Of a DNA stretch of 64,000 bases, positions 53,701 to 61,900 are shown piece after piece (within the stretch, counting starts at the first letter, position 1; each line of letters opens with the position of its first letter). The stretch is taken from assembly GCA_964057225.1 (NCBI GenBank), contig OZ059896.1:12090001-12154000 (forward strand), given 5' to 3'. Made by a program: the position numbers and the translations under genes. A model generated the notes under the pieces. The model did not search any database, was not told the origin of the DNA, and saw only the letters and a list, made by a program, of their open reading frames with translations. Origin of the DNA: Auanema rhodensis (lineage: Eukaryota > Animalia > Nematoda).

Positions 53701-55479
53701 TCGGACTGTTTTGATGGGACCCGTCAAGGTCTTTTTTGTCCAAAGGTGTGCAGTGATGTTGGAGACTGTTCCTTTGATTGTTGCTTTCACCTTTGTGAGG
53801 TGTTCAACGCTTTTTGTGTTGCCGAAAGTCTTGATTTTTACGCGTTTAGATTCTATAACGGGTAGTTGAAGTTCTTTGGCAAGTTCTTCTTCGATGAAAG
53901 ATGTGTCCGATCCAGAGTCCAAGATGGCTGGGATTGTGGAAATTTTTCCATTCGTCATTATCTTGATTTCTCCTATTGGAAGAAGGGCGCTTTTGAATTG
54001 ATTGGTAGAGAACTGGGAGGAAAATTGAACCGTGTGTTCTTCGGTTTCCTCGTCATTGTAGGGTGTGCTCTCAATTAAGTTGACTTTGGTCGTCTTCTTT
54101 TTATTAGCGCATAAGATGTCGATGTGTTTTTCTCCGCATTTGGAGCATGTTCGTTTGCTTGGACATGACTCCGTGTTGTGTGTTTTGCGGAGACAGTTGA
54201 TGCATCTCTTTTCCTGGTTGAGGATGGTTAGACGCTCCTTCCTCGACTTTGTTGTGTCACAGTCCCATGGGGCGTGAGGTTTCTGGCAGAAGATGCAACT
54301 GGATGTTTTTGCTAGTTTTTTAGCTTCTGGTTTGTTGCGTTGGGAATTGTAGGTGTTCCCTGGTGGTGAGTTGTAGACTCGTGTGATTGGTTTTTCAAAC
54401 CGATCTGCTGCGAAAATTTTCACCTTGTTTTGGCATCGGATATGTCGCCTTGTGATGTCTACTAGGTCTCTGATGTCAGGTGTTTTTCCCGAGGGGAATG
54501 ATTTGTAGATCTCTTGGAGAAGGTTCCCTGGTAGTTTCTTGTGTAAGATAACTACAGCGAGGGAGTTGAGTTCGGCGTTCCTGTTTCCTTCAGTTTGGCG
54601 AAAAATGCCTGCGATCTTGTCCATCATGGAGAGGAGGTCATGCTGGTTGGATGTTCTCGCTTGTATCTGGAGAAATTCCAGCATGAGATGTTGTGTGATG
54701 TTGTCGTTATCATCATATAGATCCTGCAGGTGATGTACTGCGCTGAAGTAGTAGTCTTCATCCGTTGGGAATGAAGCTATTTGTGAAGCTGCTTCTCCTG
54801 TTAATGACTGGCGAAGGTAGTTAAACTTTTCTATGGTGGGCATGTTCGATGAGTGTATGAGTGTGTGGAACAAGCACCAAAAGTTTTTCCAGCTTTTCAC
54901 GTTGCCATCGAAGCGTGGGATATCGACAGGTTTGAGTGTTGGCCGTGATCGATATGTTTCCCAGCTTCGAGGTTGTGTGGCGTGTATGAGTTCAGCAGTT
55001 CCAATGAGGTGGTGCTCAGAGGGCTGTGAACTGTCTGTGTGTGTTGGGTCAGGGCTGTTCTCAGTGTGGTTGAGACCCTTCAGGTAGTTGACTTGTTCTT
55101 GTATGTCGTTACTGTATGACAGTAGGGTAGAGATGTGTTTCCGCAGAGTTTCTTCGTTCTTCGTGATCCGACTTTGGTCCTCGGGGCGTAGGTCGGTTGG
55201 GATGTGTTTCATCTCGTCCATCAGTTTGTTGATGGCGAGGATGTCCCCATTGATGTTTGAAATTTCCCTTTCACGGGTGTCAATCATGCTTGGGGTTTTG
55301 TTGGAGGTATTAGTAACTTGACGTACCGCATATGATTTCCTCCTTGCGTCGTTGTCCTTGAGCTTAGCGAGTAATAATGAGCAGCTGCTGTTCCATTGTT
55401 CGGCGCGAGTTTCTTCGTTGGACTCGGCTTGATGCACCATGTCGTTTTGTCCTCTAGTTGGAGAGCGAATAACGGGCAT
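47743..55479 (-). CDS. Gag-Pol-Env polyprotein, 2578 aa
   Basis: Gag: IPRFDGNVKSWKNFW...EKFNYLRQSLTGEA plus knuckles CIFCQKPHAPWDC, CINCLRKTHNTESC and CSKCGEKHIDILC (54109-54297). Protease ILDSGS (D at 53917-53919). RT: ADVKKAFLQI, RVPFG, YVDN (52693-52704). RNase H: TDSS, PKAE, SDS, NPADIATRG. Integrase: HVHNQFH..CVEC, GLDYFGP, CDNAT, GGFYERL. Cys-rich glycoproteins follow. Confidence 0.97.
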   Translation of the reverse strand: MPVIRSPTRGQNDMVHQAESNEETRAEQWNSSCSLLLAKLKDNDARRKSYAVRQVTNTSNKTPSMIDTREREISNINGDILAINKLMDEMKHIPTDLRPEDQSRITKNEETLRKHISTLLSYSNDIQEQVNYLKGLNHTENSPDPTHTDSSQPSEHHLIGTAELIHATQPRSWETYRSRPTLKPVDIPRFDGNVKSWKNFWCLFHTLIHSSNMPTIEKFNYLRQSLTGEAASQIASFPTDEDYYFSAVHHLQDLYDDNDNITQHLMLEFLQIQARTSNQHDLLSMMDKIAGIFRQTEGNRNAELNSLAVVILHKKLPGNLLQEIYKSFPSGKTPDIRDLVDITRRHIRCQNKVKIFAADRFEKPITRVYNSPPGNTYNSQRNKPEAKKLAKTSSCIFCQKPHAPWDCDTTKSRKERLTILNQEKRCINCLRKTHNTESCPSKRTCSKCGEKHIDILCANKKKTTKVNLIESTPYNDEETEEHTVQFSSQFSTNQFKSALLPIGEIKIMTNGKISTIPAILDSGSDTSFIEEELAKELQLPVIESKRVKIKTFGNTKSVEHLTKVKATIKGTVSNITAHLWTKKTLTGPIKTVRIPKSDNSTFKLNQGTYVNPRILIGSDLMWQALTAIIPISDDHIQVKTQFGDFITGKASDQPSINAFSVITGNTSIPIDTWNKNFIEEQQEFTGTEQEEKQARDKLVLEQFQSTIQKRDDGYYVSFPWKDNINLLPDNKSLAHRRLISLVVKLSQQPDSLAAYDKIIQEQLDNGIIEPAEEPYPDAQTIHYIAHQAVLTPQKETTKLRIVYDASGHYQNRPSLNDVIHQGPLILPSLVGMILRFRCGKMALIADVKKAFLQIRLHESERDATRFFWLRDISKPMSTENTRTLRFCRVPFGINASPFLLAATIRHHLEQRSNENFLAHQIKENLYVDNLLLATNSEEDLKLGYQETKDIFAEMNMTLQEFITNSPDFNKNLLLEEKNTSAKPKVLGLPWDTETDQWIIQTKLPETKLTKRGITQAIASIFDPMGLISPCLHPLRLFLQNLWTENYDWDTTLPEEHQKTWHTLAENFNFNKTQQRALPEDPNQQYHLVTCTDSSGSALGFCTYLLAATSRIPTLIFAKSKLHSKNSNITIPKAEISALTVGVTNTNKIIKEMKDNIKILSTTFLSDSEITLAWIRRKPDQKTTGVLVQNRIKEIYDHIDQIEDMDIKTYFGYINTKDNPADIATRGCTTDELLNHFWWNPKAQIDKAINGPLFSLPQPEITVNTARTSEEYEESWLEHCNTWIQAQEKWIAENYSLLEKRLPTHYEEAELNLLHLHQHNLLVRLTAAQRNDLRPLLKDHLWHSRGRMQNSELDESAKLPIIVLPKTRTATLIIEHVHNQFHKSTSHTMAEVRQKFWIPQLRSQTISVIRRCVECQRMNNRPFTYPPSGDIPSRRLNRSRPFQHIGLDYFGPLTVKDKPHKVWGCIYTCTVTRLLHLEVIEDLTTKAFLNCLRKIWARRGYPESITCDNATTFELGQKVANRLFSIANTTQTGDSHKIKWHNITPYAPWQGGFYERLIRSVKDSLHKTMKNIPTSEELSITLAECEATLNTRPLTYIGSDTRTDEIIRPCDFIHKDLDLNISFHSDDDDEEYLDNPALQTRADTEKAIHSSRQRTNKFWELWIELYLKELREHHKNNISVKKAGSNQQPRIDQYVLINDSPIPRYKWPIGKITHISPDKNGQTREVTLLSESGRELKRPVNLLHPLELSDDDIPERLRNTNPSRDVPPIRQSNPRNVPRLWYGEQRTNLFTFLSIFSILLPIISATPTISCNYQGVQIQGISTNNQQVCIHNTCYNNSHDGNLIFPPADILTNYDVSWTFQHNSRIHHMMITCPAVHFCSTVTCTFCTATLFNPSCWPWTSMLLLTFLTYMLTALCYGILYTPWVIGKPIRLWIRLCTTIIMTIIKTIRHTRQPRPHKSAIPLLALMSLIQVTFSCQELAITSSEQSTCIQEKCHIQTTHNLNISPYTQEACLTLSNNQDNISFLRIQWIKTNYKCETRSLYFTRESKTHVQDSKRCPHTGSCQEEKCSNITPNSTVSELHIANQYPGTTHCTESCGGIGCGCFYPSSGCFFYRTYQKPTDTSIYEVYDCNSWTPTTDLSLTYRNGSTTISKNVTLYSDVPKHIYPFTLTITSLSPPVIPAMQYKFIRNLTRTAIWNQQPMLSCPSRRDAINMNCNATPTCVCTPAEDQVNCQCHETSITSAFTNVQSAIPMLTPSYMIMNEERNLRININSNMLTVIHIKIDGEFHTSSSQDSTHCNIQDSPLTGCYNCNRGAQASITCTSPQPTLAAIQCGESAFMTQCSPQGTTNSIQLPITSASPRITCTYTCGTQENTFLLSGMLYYVNTLQDLRSHYILGNHSSLQETAFTFSWPDITHFYNIYQEWYKALATCLLIAIIAFTFSYYIITTYATRLALGTAHYMAAATCYIFLIPLRVFIIFWRQLLLLKSRKTHILVVFILFTMSLANTRACEINLVLQRSQERCDSFLKLTKEKRIECLKELTQHMDQSLRDFYKTETRKEMEQEILPTKRNKTQAAIITI
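48148..49557 (-). other. env: Phlebovirus-like Gc (class II fusion glycoprotein) domain of the polyprotein
   Basis: Internal signal IPLLALMSLIQVTFS|CQE. Fusion-loop motif CTESCGGIGCGCFYPSSGCFFYR (about 49141-49209). Many Cys and N-x-S/T sites. Transmembrane segment ALATCLLIAIIAFTFSYYII. Confidence 0.9.
49558..50125 (-). other. Signal peptide, short Gn-like ectodomain, transmembrane segment(s) and tail
   Basis: LFTFLSIFSILLPIISA|TPT, then CP-x4-C-x4-C-x2-C-x5-N-x2-C directly before a hydrophobic segment, as in the membrane-proximal part of phlebovirus Gn. Confidence 0.75.
55431..55439 (-). promoter_or_regulatory. Primer-binding site TGGTGCATC (tRNA-Gly GCC)
   Basis: No gap to the 5' LTR. It gives 9 nt of perfect complement to ...GAUGCACCA, with weaker pairing possible over AAGCCG. 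Confidence 0.85.
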
Positions 55480-55496
55480 TTGTGGTTCAGTGGTAG
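55476..55496 (-). promoter_or_regulatory. U5 segment complementary to the 5' 21 nt of tRNA-Gly(GCC)
   Basis: The + strand reads GCATTTGTGGTTCAGTGGTAG versus recalled tRNA-Gly(GCC) 5' GCAT(C/T)GGTGGTTCAGTGGTAG. Also present at 1379-1399 and 47222-47242. Confidence 0.75.
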
Positions 55497-55657
55497 TGGA
55501 ATATTAGTCCAAGTAATAGGCAATAGACGCGAGTACAAGAGAAGAGTTTATTATCGGCGATACAAATACAATACGAGTAAAACAGAAATAAATTGACGGG
55601 AAGATGATAGCGGTGGCAGGATAATATTGAGACATGATTTAGAAGAATTATTGCGGG

Positions 55658-55665
55658 TTTATATA
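55658..55665 (-). promoter_or_regulatory. TATA box (TATATAAA) of the 5' LTR
   Basis: TTTATATA on the + strand, about 310 nt into the LTR and upstream of AATAAA, consistent with a U3-R-U5 layout. Confidence 0.65.
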
Positions 55666-55972
55666 CTAGGTCCCCGGAAGTGATAGATAATGTATTAATT
55701 GTAGAAAGCGAGAGGAGGGGTCTAAATCCTATGTGATTCATCCCCCTTGCAAGTGGGCGACGGCTATCGCGCCTAAGATCTTGCCTAATGGATCAGATGG
55801 CAAAGGGCGATAGGTGATTCATCGGCAAATCGGCCGTTGGTGACAACTTACAGGATTATCGATTAGATAGTTGAGGATAATGGACAGTACAAAGAGAGGA
55901 CAATAAAGAAGTACAATTGAACTTAAACTAAGGAGGAACACTATTATCACGGGATGAGAGTGCTTCAGCACA

Positions 55973-55977
55973 TGTGA
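55973..55977. other. Right target-site duplication TGTGA
   Basis: Duplicate of 47181-47185. Confidence 0.93.
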
Positions 55978-58900
55978 TGCTCAAAAACTGAAACAGTTGA
56001 ATATTTTGTATTTTCTAAACCATTTTACTCCATCTCTTTCATTTAATTCCATATTTTAAACAATTTTATATTTCTACCACGAATTCATAACTTCATTTTT
56101 TAAATTTTTAATCATTAAAAAACATATAAATTTCAATATTGTGATGCTCAAAAACTGAAACATTTAAATATTTTGTATTTTCTAAACCATTTCACTCCAT
56201 CTCTTTCATTTAATTCCATATTTTAAACAATTTTATATTTCTACCACGAATTCATAACTTCATTTTTTAAATTTTTAATCATTAAAAAACATATAAATTT
56301 CAATATTGTGATGCTCAAAAACTGAAACATTTAAATATTTTGTATTTTCTAAACCATTTCACTCCATCTCTTTCATTTAATTCCATATTTTAAACAATTT
56401 TATATTTCTACCACGAATTCATAACTTCATTTTTTAAATTTTTGATCATTAAAAAACATTTAAATTTCAATATTGTGATGCTCAAAAACTGAAACAGTTG
56501 AATATTTTGTAATTTCTAAACCATTTTACTCCATCGCTTTTATTTAATCTCATATTTTAAACAATTTTATATTTCTACCGCTATTTCATAATTTCATTTT
56601 TTAAATTTTTAATCATTAAAAAACATTTAAATTTCAATATTGTGATGCTCAAAAACTGAAACATTTAAATATTTTGTATTTTCTAAACCATTTTACTCCA
56701 TCTCTTTCATTTAATTCCATATTTTAAACAATTTTATATTTCTACCACGAATTCATAACTTCATTTTTTAAATTTTTAATCATTAAAAAACATTTAAATT
56801 TCAATATTGTGATGCTCAAAAACTGAAACAGTTGAATATTTTGTATTTTCTAAACCATTTTACTCCATCTATTTTATTTAATCCCACATTTTAAACAATT
56901 TTATATTTCTACCGCTGTTTCATAAATTCATTTTTTAAATTTTTAATCATTAAAAAACATATAAATTTCAATATTGTGATGCTCAAAAACTGAAACATTT
57001 AAATATTTTGTATTTTCTAAACCATTTCACTCCATCTCTTTCATTTAATTCCATATTTTAAACAATTTTATATTTCTACCACGAATTCATAACTTCATTT
57101 TTTAAATTTTTAATCATTAAAAAACATTTAAATTTCAATATTGTGATGCTCAAAAACTGAAACAGTTGAATATTTTGTAATTTCTAAACCATTTTACTCC
57201 ATCTCTTTCATTTAATTCCATATTTTAAACAATTTTATATTTCTACCGCTATTTCATAAATTCATTTTTTAAATTTTTAATCATTAAAAAACATATAAAT
57301 TTCAATATTGTGATGCTCAAAAACTGAATCATTTAAATATTTTGTATTTTCTAAACCATTTCACTCCATCTCTTTCATTTAATTCCATATTTTAAACAAT
57401 TTTATATTTCTACCACGAATTCATAACTTCATTTTTTAAATTTTTGATCATTAAAAAACATTTAAATTTCAATATTGTGATGCTCAAAAACTGAAACAAT
57501 TGAATATTTTGTAATTTCTAAACCATTTTACTCCATCGCTTTTATTTAATTCCATATTTTAAACAATTTTATATTTCTACCGCTATTTCATAATTTCATT
57601 TTTTAAATTTTTAATCATTAAAAAACATTTCAATTTCAATATTGTGATGCTCAAAAACTGAAACATTTAAATATTTTGTATTTTCTAAACCATTTCACTC
57701 CATCTCTTTCATTTAATTCCATATTTTAAACAATTTTATATTTCTACCACGAATTCATAACTTCATTTTTTAAATTTTTGATCATTAAAAAACATTTAAA
57801 TTTCAATGTTGTGATGCTCAAAAACTGAAACAGTTGAATATTTTGTAATTTCTAAACCATTTTACTCCATCTCTTTCATTTAATTCCATATTTTAAACAA
57901 TTTTATATTTCTACCACGAATTCATAACTTCATTTTTTAAATTTTTAATCATTAAAAAACATTTAAATTTCAATATTGTGATGCTCAAAAACTGAAACAT
58001 TTAAATATTTTGTATATTCTAAACCATTTCACTCCATCTCTTTCATTTAATTCCATATTTTAAACAATTTTATATTTCTACCACGAATTCATAACTTCAT
58101 TTTTTAAATTTTTGATCATTAAAAAACATTTAAATTTCAATATTGTGATGCTCAAAAACTGAAACAGTTGAATATTTTGTAATTTCTAAACCATTTTACT
58201 CCATCGCTTTTATTTAATCTCATATTTTAAACAATTTTATATTTCTACCACGAATTCATAACTTCATTTTTTAAATTTTTGATCATTAAAAAACATTTAA
58301 ATTTCAATATTGTGATGCTCAAAAACTGAAACAGTTGAATATTTTGTAATTTCTAAACCATTTTACTCCATCTCTTTCATTTAATTCCATATTTTAAACA
58401 ATTTTATATTTCTACCACGAATTCATAACTTCATTTTTTAAATTTTTAATCATTAAAAAACATTTAAATTTCAATATTGTGATGCTCAAAAACTGAAACA
58501 GTTGAATATTTTGTATTTTCTAAACCATTTTACTTCATATCTTTCATTTAATTCCATATTTTAAACAATTTTATATTTCTACCACGAATTCATAACTTCA
58601 TTTTTTAAATTTTTAATCATTAAAAAACATTTAAATTTCAATATTGTGATGCTCAAAAACTGAAACAGTTGAATATTTTGTATTTTCTAAACCATTTTAC
58701 TCCATCTCTTTCATTTAATTCCATATTTTAAACAATTTTATATTTCTACCACGAATTCATAACTTCATTTTTTAAATTTTTAATCATTAAAAAACATATA
58801 AATTTCAATATTGTGATGCTCAAAAACTGAAACATTTAAATATTTTGTATTTTCTAAACCATTTCACTCCATCTCTTTCATTTAATTCCATATTTTAAAC

Positions 58901-61900
58901 AATTTTATATTTCTACCACGAATTCATAACTTCATTTTTTAAATTTTTAATCATTAAAAAACATATAAATTTCAATATTGTGATGCTCAAAAACTGAAAC
59001 ATTTAAATATTTTGTATTTTCTAAACCATTTCACTCCATCTCTTTCATTTAATTCCATATTTTAAACAATTTTATATTTCTACCACGAATTCATAACTTC
59101 ATTTTTTAAATTTTTGATCATTAAAAAACATTTAAATTTCAATATTGTGATGCTCAAAAACTGAAACAGTTGAATATTTTGTAATTTCTAAACCATTTTA
59201 CTCCATCGCTTTTATTTAATCTCATATTTTAAACAATTTTATATTTCTACCGCTATTTCATAATTTCATTTTTTAAATTTTTAATCATTAAAAAACATTT
59301 AAATTTCAATATTGTGATGCTCAAAAACTGAAACATTTAAATATTTTGTATTTTCTAAACCATTTTACTCCATCTCTTTCATTTAATTCCATATTTTAAA
59401 CAATTTTATATTTCTACCACGAATTCATAACTTCATTTTTTAAATTTTTAATCATTAAAAAACATTTAAATTTCAATATTGTGATGCTCAAAAACTGAAA
59501 CAGTTGAATATTTTGTATTTTCTAAACCATTTTACTCCATCTATTTTATTTAATCCCACATTTTAAACAATTTTATATTTCTACCGCTGTTTCATAAATT
59601 CATTTTTTAAATTTTTAATCATTAAAAAACATATAAATTTCAATATTGTGATGCTCAAAAACTGAAACATTTAAATATTTTGTATTTTCTAAACCATTTC
59701 ACTCCATCTCTTTCATTTAATTCCATATTTTAAACAATTTTATATTTCTACCACGAATTCATAACTTCATTTTTTAAATTTTTAATCATTAAAAAACATT
59801 TAAATTTCAATATTGTGATGCTCAAAAACTGAAACAGTTGAATATTTTGTAATTTCTAAACCATTTTACTCCATCTCTTTCATTTAATTCCATATTTTAA
59901 ACAATTTTATATTTCTACCGCTATTTCATAAATTCATTTTTTAAATTTTTAATCATTAAAAAACATATAAATTTCAATATTGTGATGCTCAAAAACTGAA
60001 ACATTTAAATATTTTGTAATTTCTAAACCATTTTACTCCATCGCTTTTATTTAATTCCATATTTTAAACAATTTTATATTTCTACCGCTATTTCATAATT
60101 TCATTTTTTAAATTTTTAATCATTAAAAAACATTTAAATTTCAATATTGTGATGCTCAAAAACTGAAACATTTAAATATTTTGTATTTTCTAAACCATTT
60201 TACTCCATCTCTTTCATTTAATTCCATATTTTAAACAATTTTATATTTCTACTGCTGTTTCATAAATTCATTTTTTAAATTTTTAATCATTAAAAAACAT
60301 ATAAATTTCAATATTGTGATGCTCAAAAACTGAAACATTTAAATATTTTGTATTTTCTAAACCATTTCACTCCATCTCTTTCATTTAATTCCATATTTTA
60401 AACAATTTTATATTTCTACCACGAATTCATAACTTCATTTTTTAAATTTTTGATCATTAAAAAACATTTAAATTTCAATATTGTGATGCTCAAAAACTGA
60501 AACAGTTGAATATTTTGTAATTTCTAAACCATTTTACTCCATCGCTTTTATTTAATTCCATATTATAAACAATTTTATATTTCTACCACGAATTCATAAC
60601 TTCATTTTTTAAATTTTTAATCATTAAAAAACATTTAAATTTCAATATTGTGATGCTCAAAAACTGAAACATTTAAATATTTTGTATTTTCTAAACCATT
60701 TTACTCCATCGCTTTTATTTAATCCCATATTTTAAACAATTTTATATTTCTACCACGAATTCATAACTTCATTTTTTAAATTTTTGATCATTAAAAAACA
60801 TTTAAATTTCAATATTGTGATGCTCAAAAACTGAAACAGTTGAATATTTTGTATTTTCTAAACCATTTTACTCCATCGCTTTTATATTTCTACCGCTATT
60901 TCATAAATTCATTTTTTAAATTTTTAATCATTAAAAAACATATAAATTTCAATATTGTGATGCTTAAAAACTGAAACATTTAAATATTTTGTATTTTCTA
61001 AACCATTTCACTCCATCTCTTTCATTTAATTCCATATTTTAAACAATTTTATATTTCTACCACGAATTCATAAATTCATTTTTTAAATTTTTAATCATTA
61101 AAAAACATATAAATTTCAATATTGTGATGCTCAAAAACTGAAACATTTAAATATTTTGTATTTTCTAAACCATTTCACTCCATCTCTTTCATTTAATTCC
61201 ATATTTTAAACAATTTTATATTTCTACCACGAATTCATAACTTCATATTTTAAAATTTTGATCATTAAAAAACATTTAAATTTCAATATTGTGATGCTCA
61301 AAAACTGAAACAGTTGAATATTTTGTAATTTCTAAACCATTTTACTCCATCGCTTTTATTTAATTCCATATTTTAAACAATTTTATATTTCTACCGCTAT
61401 TTCATAATTTCATTTTTTAAATTTTTAATCATTAAAAAACATTTGAATTTCAATATTGTGATGCTCAAAAACTGAAACATTTAAATATTTTGTATTTTCT
61501 AAACCATTTCACTCCATCTCTTTCATTTAATTCCATATTTTAAACAATTTTATATTTCTACCACGAATTCATAACTTCATTTTTTAAATTTTTGATCATT
61601 AAAAAACATTTAAATTTCAATATTGTGATGCTCAAAAACTGAAACAGTTGAATATTTTGTATTTTCTAAACCATTTTACTCCATCGCTTTTATATTTCTA
61701 CCGCTATTTCATAAATTCATTTTTTAAATTTTTAATCATTAAAAAACATATAAATTTCAATATTGTGATGCTCAAAAACTGAAACATTTAAATATTTTGT
61801 ATTTTCTAAACCATTTCACTCCATCTCTTTCATTTAATTCCATATTTTAAACAATTTTATATTTCTACCACGAATTCATAACTTCATTTTTTAAATTTTT

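Larger units (their letters stand above)
47186..55972 (-). mobile_element. Complete env-bearing BEL/Pao LTR retroelement (endogenous belpaovirus), copy 2, 8787 bp
   Basis: Two 533-bp TG...CA LTRs, 5-bp TSD, PBS, and one intact ORF with BEL-type triple zinc knuckle, YVDN RT motif and PR-RT-RH-IN order. Confidence 0.97.
55440..55972 (-). repeat. 5' LTR of copy 2 (533 bp)
   Basis: TG...CA ends, PBS adjacent on the inner side and TSD adjacent on the outer side. Confidence 0.97.

Noticed and set aside
55431-55496. tRNA-Gly gene or circularly permuted tRNA on the + strand
   Set aside because: Only the 3' 9 or so nt and the 5' 21 nt are present, in reversed order. There is no anticodon arm, no intact T arm and no B box downstream of the A-box-like TGGTTCAGTGG.
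55564-55564. CpG transition between the LTRs as evidence of DNA methylation
   Set aside because: A single event, which could equally be an RT or sequencing error.
47963-55596. Short alternate-frame and antisense ORFs overlapping the polyprotein (also 442-1499)
   Set aside because: All are under 150 aa with no motifs, as expected for shadows of a long, compositionally skewed ORF.
55487-55741. 84-aa LTR ORF (MNHIGF...), also at 1390-1644 and 47233-47487
   Set aside because: It recurs only because the LTRs are near-identical. It starts upstream of the TATA box, has no recognisable motif, and LTR substitutions change its residues.
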